From IMG/VR virus record IMGVR_UViG_3300011441_000005, positions 1 through 40,301 of that record: DNA of 40,301 nucleotides; one strand, written 5' to 3'. Under the pieces are notes generated by a model. That model did no database searches. It was given only the letters and a program-made list of their open reading frames with translations, and was not told the origin of the DNA. The translations under genes were made by a program, and so were the position numbers. The DNA comes from a virus. Below are positions 31,406 to 38,490 of the stretch, piece by piece; position 1 is the stretch's first letter; each line of letters opens with the position of its first letter.

Positions 31406-32478
31406 GCGTTCGCAAGCGCCCCGATGGCGGCTGGAGGATCGACATTGTGATCCGCCGCGGCGGCAAGTCCGTTCGCATCAAGAAGGCCGCAAAGGGGGCT
31501 CGCAACAAGGGCGAGGCCATGGAGCTGGAGCGCCGCCTACGCCGCGAGCTCGAGAGCCGCGCCGACCCGTCGGCCAAGTCGCCTCTCTTCGCAGAATTCG
31601 CCGACGACTTCCTCGAGAAGTACGCGCGCGCCAACAACAAGCATTCGGAGTACGAGAGCAAAAAGGCCATCCTGAACCAGCACCTCGTTCCATGGTTCTC
31701 CGGCCTGCGCATGGACGAGGTGGGCGACGAGGACGTCGAAGCCTACAAGGCCGCGAAGCTGAAGCTCGGCCTGTCCGAGAAGACCGTTAACAATCACGGC
31801 GCCGTCTTCTCTCGGATGTATCGGATCGCGCTCGAGTGGAAGCGGATCAGCTTCACGCCGCGGTGGAAGCCGCTCAAGTTGCCGGCGCAGGAGTTCGACT
31901 TTCTCACGTTCGAAGAAGCGCGCGCGCTCGTCGCAGCGTGCGGCGGGCAGCTTCACTGCATGGTCGTTGTCGCTCTCAATACGGGACTTCGCGCCGGTGA
32001 GCTACTCGGCCTTCGCTGCGCCGACGTGTACCCCGATAAGATCGTCGTCAGGCGCGCAATCGTGCGCGGAAAGGCGACCACGCCGAAGAGCCACAAGCCG
32101 CGAGAGGTGCCGCTCAACAACCGAGCACACGGCGTGATCGCCTTAGCCGCTGCGCGCTCGGTCCTCCAAACAGCCGACTCGACGGCAGCCATGGCCGTCT
32201 TCACGAACACGCACGGCAGCGAACTAACATACGCGATGTGCCGCAAGCCGCTCTGGCGCGCCTGTAAGCAGGCGGGGCTACGCAAGATCGGCTGGCACGT
32301 GCTGCGCCACACCTTCGCGTCCCATCTCGCGATGCTCGGGGTGCCCATCATGACGATCAAGGAGCTGCTCGGCCACTCCGACGTACGCATGACCCTAAGG
32401 TACGCTCACCTATCGCCCGTGGCCAAGGTCGAGGCGGTGGCGAAGCTGGACGACGTTGGAAAGGAGTCGTCGCCGTGA
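31402..32478 (+). CDS. int: Tyrosine integrase
   Basis: 358 aa. TGLRAGELLGLR...HVLRHTFASHLAMLGVPIMTIKELLGHSDVRMTLRYAHL carries the R...HxxR...Y catalytic signature. The N-terminal RKRPDGGWRIDIV is an arm-type domain. Confidence 0.95.
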   Translation: MSVRKRPDGGWRIDIVIRRGGKSVRIKKAAKGARNKGEAMELERRLRRELESRADPSAKSPLFAEFADDFLEKYARANNKHSEYESKKAILNQHLVPWFSGLRMDEVGDEDVEAYKAAKLKLGLSEKTVNNHGAVFSRMYRIALEWKRISFTPRWKPLKLPAQEFDFLTFEEARALVAACGGQLHCMVVVALNTGLRAGELLGLRCADVYPDKIVVRRAIVRGKATTPKSHKPREVPLNNRAHGVIALAAARSVLQTADSTAAMAVFTNTHGSELTYAMCRKPLWRACKQAGLRKIGWHVLRHTFASHLAMLGVPIMTIKELLGHSDVRMTLRYAHLSPVAKVEAVAKLDDVGKESSP

Positions 32479-32672
32479 CGCGAAAGACCAATGCCGTCCT
32501 CATCTTCATCGCGTCGCTACCGCGCGGCGCCAGGTTCTACCCCAACGGTTCGCAGTGGCTATCCGTTCACGCTCTCAAGCGCCGCGGCTTGATCAAGCGG
32601 GCGTTCACCCTCGCCGGCGGCTACGAGCTCACGCCGGCCGGGCGAAGCGTCATGAAGGCGTGGCTGTCATGA
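32475..32672 (+). CDS. Small hypothetical protein (possible winged-helix)
   Basis: 65 aa. GTG 32475 (GTGA overlap) is preceded by AAGGAG at 32461-32466. Confidence 0.6.
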   Translation: MTRKTNAVLIFIASLPRGARFYPNGSQWLSVHALKRRGLIKRAFTLAGGYELTPAGRSVMKAWLS

Positions 32673-32730
32673 GCAAGCGAATCTCGCGTGGCGTACGAAC
32701 CCACGGAACACAACGGAACAGGTTGGGCAT

Positions 32731-32753
32731 CAGGGACCGAATACGGACCGAAC
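32731..32753 (+). repeat. Candidate arm-type integrase sites, left of core (CAGGGACCGAA / CGGACCGAAC)
   Basis: GGACCGAA occurs twice, 11 bp apart. The same words recur at 32932-32954. ACGGAACA is also doubled at 32703-32710 and 32713-32720. Confidence 0.45.
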
Positions 32754-32788
32754 GGTGAGCGAATGAGCCTAAAACAAGCTGAAACGAT

Positions 32789-32814
32789 GAGCGGGACACG
32801 GGATTCGAACCCGC
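32789..32814 (-). other. attP core: 3' fragment of a tRNA gene (T-arm plus acceptor 3' strand), tRNA-Gly-like
   Basis: The minus strand reads GCGGG-TTCGAAT-CCCGT-GTCCCGC-T, which is T-stem/loop/stem, a 7-nt acceptor strand and discriminator U. No matching 5' acceptor strand lies upstream, so it is a fragment. It is 311 bp downstream of int in a locally AT-richer stretch. Confidence 0.6.
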
Positions 32815-32873
32815 TCTCGAATATTGGGAATAACTCATCTAACAGCGCGACATCTGTAGGCAATGATGCGCAA

Positions 32874-33257
32874 GTGGCACCGTGTGCGCATGCCGCGGAA
32901 TGCCACGATATAGAGCGCCATTCCGCTGAGTCAGGGACCGGCAGGGGACCGAACGACATTCCCCTACGGTCGGCGAAGCCGTCGTCAACTGAGAGCAGTT
33001 CGCCGGCTTCAGATCGCGCTGCGCCCGCTGGAGGGACGACGCCGTGCGGCTCGTGCGGACACGACCTTTGGAGGCACGGAAGGCGCGGTCACGGTGCCTG
33101 TAGCATCGGTGCCGGGTCGCCCTTGGCGCACGCGGTTGAAGCGGTCCGTTTTGCCGTGGCCATGGGCATCGACGGCGCAGAGCGATCGGCTCTCGTCGAG
33201 AGGGCGGCGGCCATCAAGCCATGTCGCTGCTTGCGGTTCCGAAAGACGGCGCCATGA
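32874..33257 (+). CDS. Possible small protein, start uncertain
   Basis: The 3' part of track ORF 32688..33257 has gene-like third-position GC, and its stop forms an ATGA overlap with an ATG at 33254. GTG 32874 is the first plausible start after attP but lacks an RBS. Confidence 0.25.
   Translation: MAPCAHAAECHDIERHSAESGTGRGPNDIPLRSAKPSSTESSSPASDRAAPAGGTTPCGSCGHDLWRHGRRGHGACSIGAGSPLAHAVEAVRFAVAMGIDGAERSALVERAAAIKPCRCLRFRKTAP
32932..32954 (+). repeat. Candidate arm-type integrase sites, right of core (CAGGGACCG / GGGGACCGAAC)
   Basis: Direct repeats of the 32731-32753 words, in the same orientation, about 120 bp beyond the core. Confidence 0.45.
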
Positions 33258-33574
33258 AGCCGTTAGGAACTGAGCATGGCTCCGAGGGGTCGGGTGAGGG
33301 AAAGCCCGCTGCTGGGATGAGCCACGAGGAGCGCCTTCGGATTCAGCATTGCCATCCGTCGATGTGGATCGGAGGGAGCGGCCGGCGGCACCGAGAAGCC
33401 GAGGCGGTGGCCGCGAAGGCCGCGGAGGCGCACGCCGTGGCCACGGCGCACCGGCTCGACCCCTACTCGCTACAGTGCACGATCTGTGGCGTGAGTGAGG
33501 TCGCGATCGAGGCTCGTCGATACGAAGGCGGCATTCTCTGCGTCCCTGACCTTGTCCTCACGGTGAAGCCATGA
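33254..33574 (+). CDS. Hypothetical protein
   Basis: 106 aa if ATG 33254 is used (ATGA overlap with the upstream ORF). The track start 33221 and ATG 33317 are alternatives. Confidence 0.5.
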   Translation: MKPLGTEHGSEGSGEGKPAAGMSHEERLRIQHCHPSMWIGGSGRRHREAEAVAAKAAEAHAVATAHRLDPYSLQCTICGVSEVAIEARRYEGGILCVPDLVLTVKP

Positions 33575-34287
33575 GGGCCCCCCGCGCAGGCAGCAAGCTT
33601 CTGCCAGGCATGCGAGGAGTGGCGATGAGCAGCTGCCAATTCTGCGGCGAATCACTTGGCCCCAACGGCGAGCACCCCATTGGCGGTGTCCAGGCGTGCG
33701 ACGAGCCCCCCGAGCAACCGCCCGAAGTGCCGGCGCCGGAACACCCCTACATGAGCATGACGTGCGTCCACTGCGGCATCGACGCGTTCTGCCCGAAGTG
33801 CGACGAAGTGACGGCGCCGGGCGACTCAGCGGAGCTGGCGGCTATCCGCTATCGGTTGAACCACGACCCTAACGGCATCACGTCACCCGATGGTCCACGT
33901 AACGATAGAGTGACGCTCCTCCGCATGGTGGACGAGCTGACCGTCGAGAACGCCAGGCTTACCGAGATAGACGCCGACGCCGAGATCCGCCTCGACGAAC
34001 GGTCTAAGTGGATAGATGAGCTGCGGGCGAAGCTGGCTGGTCTTACAGACTGGACAGCGGACGAGGAAGAGCGACACCACGCCAGAGAGATAGAACTGGA
34101 AGCGAAGCTGGCCGAGGCGGAGAAGCTACACGAGCGCCAGTCGACGACCGCTTGGGGCCAGGTGACGATCCAACGCGAGCGAGCCGAAGCCGCCGAGGCC
34201 CGCGTGAACCATCTCAAGCAGGAGGTGGCGCGGCTCGAGCAGGAGGTGGCGTGGCGACAGGCGCAGATCGAGGGGCGACTGCGATGA
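33571..34287 (+). CDS. Zinc-ribbon plus coiled-coil protein
   Basis: 238 aa with an ATGA overlap. It contains CQFCG, CVHCG and CPKCD, then a long charged heptad region (ELRAKLAGL...EIELEAKLAEAEKLHE...LKQEVARLEQEVAWRQAQIE). Confidence 0.65.
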   Translation: MRAPRAGSKLLPGMRGVAMSSCQFCGESLGPNGEHPIGGVQACDEPPEQPPEVPAPEHPYMSMTCVHCGIDAFCPKCDEVTAPGDSAELAAIRYRLNHDPNGITSPDGPRNDRVTLLRMVDELTVENARLTEIDADAEIRLDERSKWIDELRAKLAGLTDWTADEEERHHAREIELEAKLAEAEKLHERQSTTAWGQVTIQRERAEAAEARVNHLKQEVARLEQEVAWRQAQIEGRLR

Positions 34288-35213
34288 CCTGGTTCAAGGT
34301 TGACGACAACCTATGCTTTCACCCCAAGGTCATGGCCGCCGGCAACGGCGCAATGGGGGGATGGATCCGCCTCGGGGCCCACTGCTCTCAGCATGAGACG
34401 GACGGCTTCGCTACGGCTCTTGTCGTCAACGCCATCTTCTCTCCGGCCGACCTCACGGCGATTATGTCTACAGGCATGCTCGTGGTGTTGCCGGATGGGC
34501 GGTACGAGATGCACGACTATCTCAAGTACAACCCCTCCAAGGCCGAACTTACTGCGAAAAGAGCGCATTGGGCGGAGCGTCGAGGCCAGGACAGGCGCCG
34601 AGTGTCTCACGCGGTGTCTCACTCGGACGCTACGTCGGACACTCGCGAGTGTCTCACTGAGCGTCCTACTAAGACGCCGGGACGGGATCGGGATCTCTCT
34701 CCGGATCTGGATCTGAGTCCGGATCCAGATGGTGACAGTCGCCGCGCGAGCGGTCCGAGGCTCAAGTCCCAGCCACCGCCGCCGGAGTCTGTGGAGCCAG
34801 AGTCCGGGTACGACCTGGCGAAGCGCGTGTTCGCGGAGGAATGGCAGGCGAAGTACCGCGAGCCGTACAATTTCGATTTCGTTGACGCCGGCCCGGAAAG
34901 CGAGAACCGCGTGCTCCAGGGGCTCGGCGGCAAGGCGAAAGAGCGCGGCGAAGAAGCCGAACGGTGGTTGCGCCACGTGGTCAAGACGTACCTGCGGGAC
35001 CACGGCCACAGGGACTTTCTCGTCGGCGCGCGACATGCGGCGAAGTACATCCGGAAGAGCTGGCAGAGCTACGGCAACCCGCCGACGGCCAAGCCCCGAG
35101 TAGCGCCTGTCCGACCTGCCGAGCCGGTGGCGCCGGCACTCTCCGCGGCGGAGCTTGCAGCGAAGCTTGGGTCGATGGGCATTGGCAAGATTGGAATGGG
35201 AGGCAGGCAATGA
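34284..35213 (+). CDS. Replication initiator/organizer candidate (lambda O-like logic)
   Basis: 309 aa. The N-terminal MTWFKVDDNLCFHPKV...DGRYEMHDYLKYNPSK resembles phage replisome-organizer N-domains. The central low-complexity linker coincides with DNA iterons and a GATC cluster. Confidence 0.5.
   Translation: MTWFKVDDNLCFHPKVMAAGNGAMGGWIRLGAHCSQHETDGFATALVVNAIFSPADLTAIMSTGMLVVLPDGRYEMHDYLKYNPSKAELTAKRAHWAERRGQDRRRVSHAVSHSDATSDTRECLTERPTKTPGRDRDLSPDLDLSPDPDGDSRRASGPRLKSQPPPPESVEPESGYDLAKRVFAEEWQAKYREPYNFDFVDAGPESENRVLQGLGGKAKERGEEAERWLRHVVKTYLRDHGHRDFLVGARHAAKYIRKSWQSYGNPPTAKPRVAPVRPAEPVAPALSAAELAAKLGSMGIGKIGMGGRQ
34602..34725 (+). promoter_or_regulatory. Candidate origin of replication: 3 x GTGTCTCAC iterons plus five GATC in 40 bp
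   Basis: Iterons lie at 34602-34610, 34614-34622 and 34649-34657. GATC lies at 34686, 34692, 34704, 34710 and 34722, within GGGATCGGGATCTCTCTCCGGATCTGGATCTGAGTCCGGATCC. Confidence 0.45.
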
Positions 35214-35650
35214 AATGCAAGGTCACGATCGTGCACTACGGCGGCGGAAAGAAGACCGGTCTCGACGCCGGCCAGCCCGGTTATCGTCGGAGCCGTCCGA
35301 TGACCGGTCAGCAAGTCATGGCAAGAATCCGCGAGCGCGATGACGGGGAGATCCTCTCCCTCATCAAACGCCTCGCTAAGGCCCACCACGTGACCGTAGA
35401 CGAGCTTTTGGGGGGCGACCGCAGGAGAGGGCCAATGGACGCCCGCGCGGCCCTCTGGGAGGCGATGGAGGCCACGGGGCATTGGTCGTCAGAACGACTC
35501 GGCGAACTCTTCGGCAGGCCAGGGTCAAGCGTACGGTGGGCCACCAAGCGCCGACGAAAGCGACTCGCCAATCAACAAGTTGTTGGTAAAGCGTGGCAAA
35601 GCTGTGTCCAACCGATAGAGCAGCCTTTGCCGACGAAGGAGGTCGCTTGA
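35210..35650 (+). CDS. DnaA domain-IV-like HTH protein
   Basis: 146 aa with an ATGA overlap. VTVDELLGGDRRRGPMDARAALWEAMEATGHWSSERLGELFGRPGSSVRWATKR parallels the DnaA C-terminal DNA-binding pattern (R..aR..amyl....s...IG..fg....tV). Confidence 0.5.
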   Translation: MKCKVTIVHYGGGKKTGLDAGQPGYRRSRPMTGQQVMARIRERDDGEILSLIKRLAKAHHVTVDELLGGDRRRGPMDARAALWEAMEATGHWSSERLGELFGRPGSSVRWATKRRRKRLANQQVVGKAWQSCVQPIEQPLPTKEVA

Positions 35651-35862
35651 GCCCCTCCGGCGTAGCCGCGCACAGAATCCGCGACGTGATAGTCGAGCTG
35701 GATCTGGGGGTAAACGACGCTTGGCTGGCCGTTGTGCAGTGCTGCGCTAGCGTTGCTGTTGGCTGTGGCATGACGCTAGAGGAAACGCTGCATCGGGTAG
35801 CGAAAGCGTACGCGTTCATGGAGAAAGAATACGCCAAGGCCGAAGCCGAGGGGGAGTCGTGA
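35647..35862 (+). CDS. Small hypothetical protein
   Basis: 71 aa if TTG 35647 is used (TTGA overlap). The track start GTG 35593 would overlap the upstream gene by 58 nt. Confidence 0.45.
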   Translation: MSPSGVAAHRIRDVIVELDLGVNDAWLAVVQCCASVAVGCGMTLEETLHRVAKAYAFMEKEYAKAEAEGES

Positions 35863-36263
35863 GCGAAACCAAGCTCGTCTCCGCCATCCTCGATGCGCTC
35901 GCCGCAGAGCCTGGCGTCGTCGCGTGGCGCAACAGCGTCGGCGCTCGCGGGCATCGCCGCTTCGGTCTTGGCGTCGGGTCAGCCGACATCATCGCGTGCG
36001 TCGACGGTCGCTTCTTGGCGCTCGAGGTGAAAGACGCGAAGGGCGTTCAGAGCGACGAGCAACAGCGCTGGGGCAACAGCGTCTGGCTCCACGGCGGTCA
36101 CTACGTCATCGTGCGGTCGGTCGCTGCTGCGAGAAAGGCCGTGGCGTGGGCTCGACAGCGTGTGGAATGGACACGACAGCCACCGCGCGATCCAGCCGCC
36201 AATTCTGCTACGTTGTCAAGGTCATCCGAGGTCAAATCGCGTATGGTCACGAGAAGGAGGTAG
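35859..36263 (+). CDS. VRR-NUC domain nuclease (PD-(D/E)XK, resolvase-like)
   Basis: 134 aa with a GTGA overlap. GVGSADIIACVDGRFLALEVKDAKGVQSDEQQRW matches the VRR-NUC D...ExK...Q..W pattern. Confidence 0.7.
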   Translation: MSETKLVSAILDALAAEPGVVAWRNSVGARGHRRFGLGVGSADIIACVDGRFLALEVKDAKGVQSDEQQRWGNSVWLHGGHYVIVRSVAAARKAVAWARQRVEWTRQPPRDPAANSATLSRSSEVKSRMVTRRR

Positions 36264-36266
36264 CGA

Positions 36267-36740
36267 ATGTTCAAGTTCTGCATCGGAACGCCTGTGACAC
36301 TCGGAGGCTCTGACGACATCGGGGAAGTCGTCGAACAGCATACGCTCAACAGTGGCCCGCACTATCGGGTGATAATGCCGAGCGGCTCCAATTGTATCTA
36401 CAGTGAAAGCGAACTGACTCTCCCGCCAAAGGATAAGTGGCCAGTTTCGTTCCCTTGGAAGCCCCCCTCCCCCCGCGCGCGACGGGCATGCGAGAAGCAC
36501 CGCAACGCTGGCCTCTGCCATTGCCCGCCTGAGAGCGACACGGGCCCAGGTGAAGGCGTGCCGCCGATACGTCTCGACCTCAACGAAGCGCGCGCCGCGC
36601 TCCGCTCACGCTCCTTCTCGGAGACGGCCAAGCAAGCCCTCGCCGCGTCGACGCAGCTGCTCGACCAGGGTCAGGAGATTAGTTGGCTGAATCGCGAACT
36701 CGACCGCGAGCGCGCGAAGAACAAGAAAAGGGGGCTGTGA
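36267..36740 (+). CDS. Hypothetical protein
   Basis: 157 aa with a strong RBS GAAGGAGG (36253-36260). Confidence 0.65.
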   Translation: MFKFCIGTPVTLGGSDDIGEVVEQHTLNSGPHYRVIMPSGSNCIYSESELTLPPKDKWPVSFPWKPPSPRARRACEKHRNAGLCHCPPESDTGPGEGVPPIRLDLNEARAALRSRSFSETAKQALAASTQLLDQGQEISWLNRELDRERAKNKKRGL

Positions 36741-37231
36741 TGGCCGTCGTCACCGAAGAGCGCGTGCAGCACATCGTGCGGCTAATGCTCAAGGGCCACT
36801 GGAAGGGCATGGCGTCGCGCGAGAAGCTGGCCGAGGAATGGGGCTGCCACGAGCGCACCGTGGGCGACATGGCCGAGCGCGCGAGCTCTGTAGTTGCGTG
36901 CCGCGGCAAGCCCATCGAGCAGGAGATTGACGCGGCGCTGTCGGACCTCGAGCAGATCAAGCGGATGGCGCTGGACAACGAGAGGGTCATTGTCGACAAG
37001 AAAGGCGACGCACACTACTTCGCGGCCCCAATGCTGCACGACGCGATCGAGGCCATCAAGTTGAAGATGGACATCCGCGGCGTCACGTCGACGCGCAGGC
37101 CGAAGGACGCCAAGCCGGCAGAACACGATGACGAGTATGCCAAGCTGTCGAAAGAGGAACGCATCGTTCGTCTAAAGGCGGCGCTGGCCGAGGAGATGGC
37201 GGTAGAGGACGGCAGCAATGGGATGCACTGA
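36740..37231 (+). CDS. Possible small terminase subunit / DNA-binding protein
   Basis: 163 aa with a TGATG overlap. It has an N-terminal HTH-like segment (SREKLAEEWGCHERTVGDMAERAS) and a helical C-half. It is separated from terL by four small genes, so the assignment is weak. Confidence 0.35.
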   Translation: MAVVTEERVQHIVRLMLKGHWKGMASREKLAEEWGCHERTVGDMAERASSVVACRGKPIEQEIDAALSDLEQIKRMALDNERVIVDKKGDAHYFAAPMLHDAIEAIKLKMDIRGVTSTRRPKDAKPAEHDDEYAKLSKEERIVRLKAALAEEMAVEDGSNGMH

Positions 37232-37535
37232 TTGGCGCTGCGCCGACTGCGGTTGCTTAGACTACATACACAAGGCTGGCCACAGATGCGCCGACGGACC
37301 GCCGTTCAGGTTCACCAAGCTGGCGCGGGGGAAGGAGAAAACCATGATGATCAAAATTGCAGCGGTAACGGTAGACGATAAGCCAGGGTTCAACGCCAGC
37401 GCGCTCGACGACATGAGCGACATCCTCGGCCTGTCCGAGAGTGAGCCCGACAACGAGCCGCGCACGTTCGAGAAGTTGCTCAGACGTGTAGGCAAGCGCA
37501 TCGACGACGCGCGGGCCGCGAACGTGAAGGGATAG
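37218..37535 (+). CDS. Hypothetical protein, N-terminal Cys/His cluster, start ambiguous
   Basis: 105 aa from ATG 37218 (WRCADCGCLDYIHKAGHRC). An in-frame ATG at 37344 has a strong RBS GAAGGAG (37331-37337) and would give 63 aa. Confidence 0.5.
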   Translation: MGCTDWRCADCGCLDYIHKAGHRCADGPPFRFTKLARGKEKTMMIKIAAVTVDDKPGFNASALDDMSDILGLSESEPDNEPRTFEKLLRRVGKRIDDARAANVKG

Positions 37536-37577
37536 CGGATGATGACGCGCCGCGATGGCCGACAAGGAGAAGCAACC

Positions 37578-37736
37578 ATGAAAAAGCGCAAACCCAAAAA
37601 GCCTCGCAAGCAATCGTCCAACAGGCTATCGGCCATCGCGGCGCGCGTGCTAGGCGGCGGGAAGTACACCGTCGAGGAGGTGTGGGCGCTCGCTGGCTCG
37701 GTGCTCGGCCAGGACGAGACCAGGGGGCAGCGGTGA
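37578..37736 (+). CDS. Small basic hypothetical protein
   Basis: 52 aa. ATG 37578 is preceded by AAGGAG (37564-37569). The N-terminus reads MKKRKPKKPRKQ. Confidence 0.5.
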   Translation: MKKRKPKKPRKQSSNRLSAIAARVLGGGKYTVEEVWALAGSVLGQDETRGQR

Positions 37737-38035
37737 AACTCTCACGCGTCTGGCTCGACTTCGACTTCACGCACCCTCTGCTCGACGGCTCTCGCTCCCA
37801 GCTGTCAGAGGACGACTGCGCAGAGATGGGTGCGGCCGGCATGCGCTACGACCCAGCGACGCATAGCCTCATCATCGGAGAGAACCTCCACGGCATCGCG
37901 TGGAGCCGGGTGATACAATGGGAGGCGCTGGACATCCAACTTGTGTGCGGCGATTGCTCGAAGACGTTCAAAACAGCCCAGGCCCTCGGCTCCCACAGGC
38001 AATTCTGCAAGGGCAAGAAAGAGACGGCAGCGTAA
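37733..38035 (+). CDS. Protein with a classical-spacing C2HC zinc finger
   Basis: 100 aa with a GTGA overlap. LVCGDCSKTFKTAQALGSHRQFC fits C-x2-C-x3-F-x5-L-x2-H-x3-C. Confidence 0.6.
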   Translation: MKLSRVWLDFDFTHPLLDGSRSQLSEDDCAEMGAAGMRYDPATHSLIIGENLHGIAWSRVIQWEALDIQLVCGDCSKTFKTAQALGSHRQFCKGKKETAA

Positions 38036-38490
38036 TGCTGAAAGTTGGAGACGAATACGTTGCGTGTTTCGTTACCGGCGACAGCTTCTCCAATCCTGGG
38101 CGCCTAGTTCTGACAGCAACGGTGGCCGTCGAGGCGCTTGATGCTGGTGGCGCCTTGCTTAGGCTGAGGGACGAGGCCAACGCGCTATCGCTACGTGAGG
38201 CTGCCTACGAGGTGCGGATACCGGGCACATTCATCGCTGGTCAGATGACGGCGAAGTTGACCGGCAGCGTGCGTATCGAATGGTTTGTGCATCCGAAGGC
38301 GTGTGGAAACTGCGGCAGAGACGGCGGCGAGCTTATGGTCAATGGTTCAGACGGCGACAGTTTCTACGCATGCGCTGTATGCCAGGCGTGCGAAACCTGC
38401 GGCGGCGCCGGCTGGTACTACGACGACTGCGGATGCTGCTCGGTCGGCTGTGAGGAGTGCGCCGAACGACAGCGTCATCAGCGGCTTTGA
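38035..38490 (+). CDS. Protein with Cys-rich, DnaJ-like CxxCxGxG C-terminal region
   Basis: 151 aa with a TAATG overlap. It contains CGNCGRDG, CAVCQACETCGGAG and CGCCSVGCEEC. Confidence 0.6.
   Translation: MLKVGDEYVACFVTGDSFSNPGRLVLTATVAVEALDAGGALLRLRDEANALSLREAAYEVRIPGTFIAGQMTAKLTGSVRIEWFVHPKACGNCGRDGGELMVNGSDGDSFYACAVCQACETCGGAGWYYDDCGCCSVGCEECAERQRHQRL

Noticed and set aside
32788-32870. Possibility of a complete tRNA gene on the minus strand
   Set aside because: Only the T-arm and the 3' acceptor strand are present. No complementary 5' acceptor strand (GCGGGAC), D-arm or anticodon arm can be drawn from the upstream 60 nt, so it is an attP fragment rather than a gene.
32688-32873. The N-terminal part of track ORF 32688..33257 (189 aa) spanning the attP region
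   Set aside because: It reads straight through the tRNA-fragment core and the arm repeats, in a locally AT-richer non-coding-looking stretch. Only the 3' part is kept, as a low-confidence CDS.
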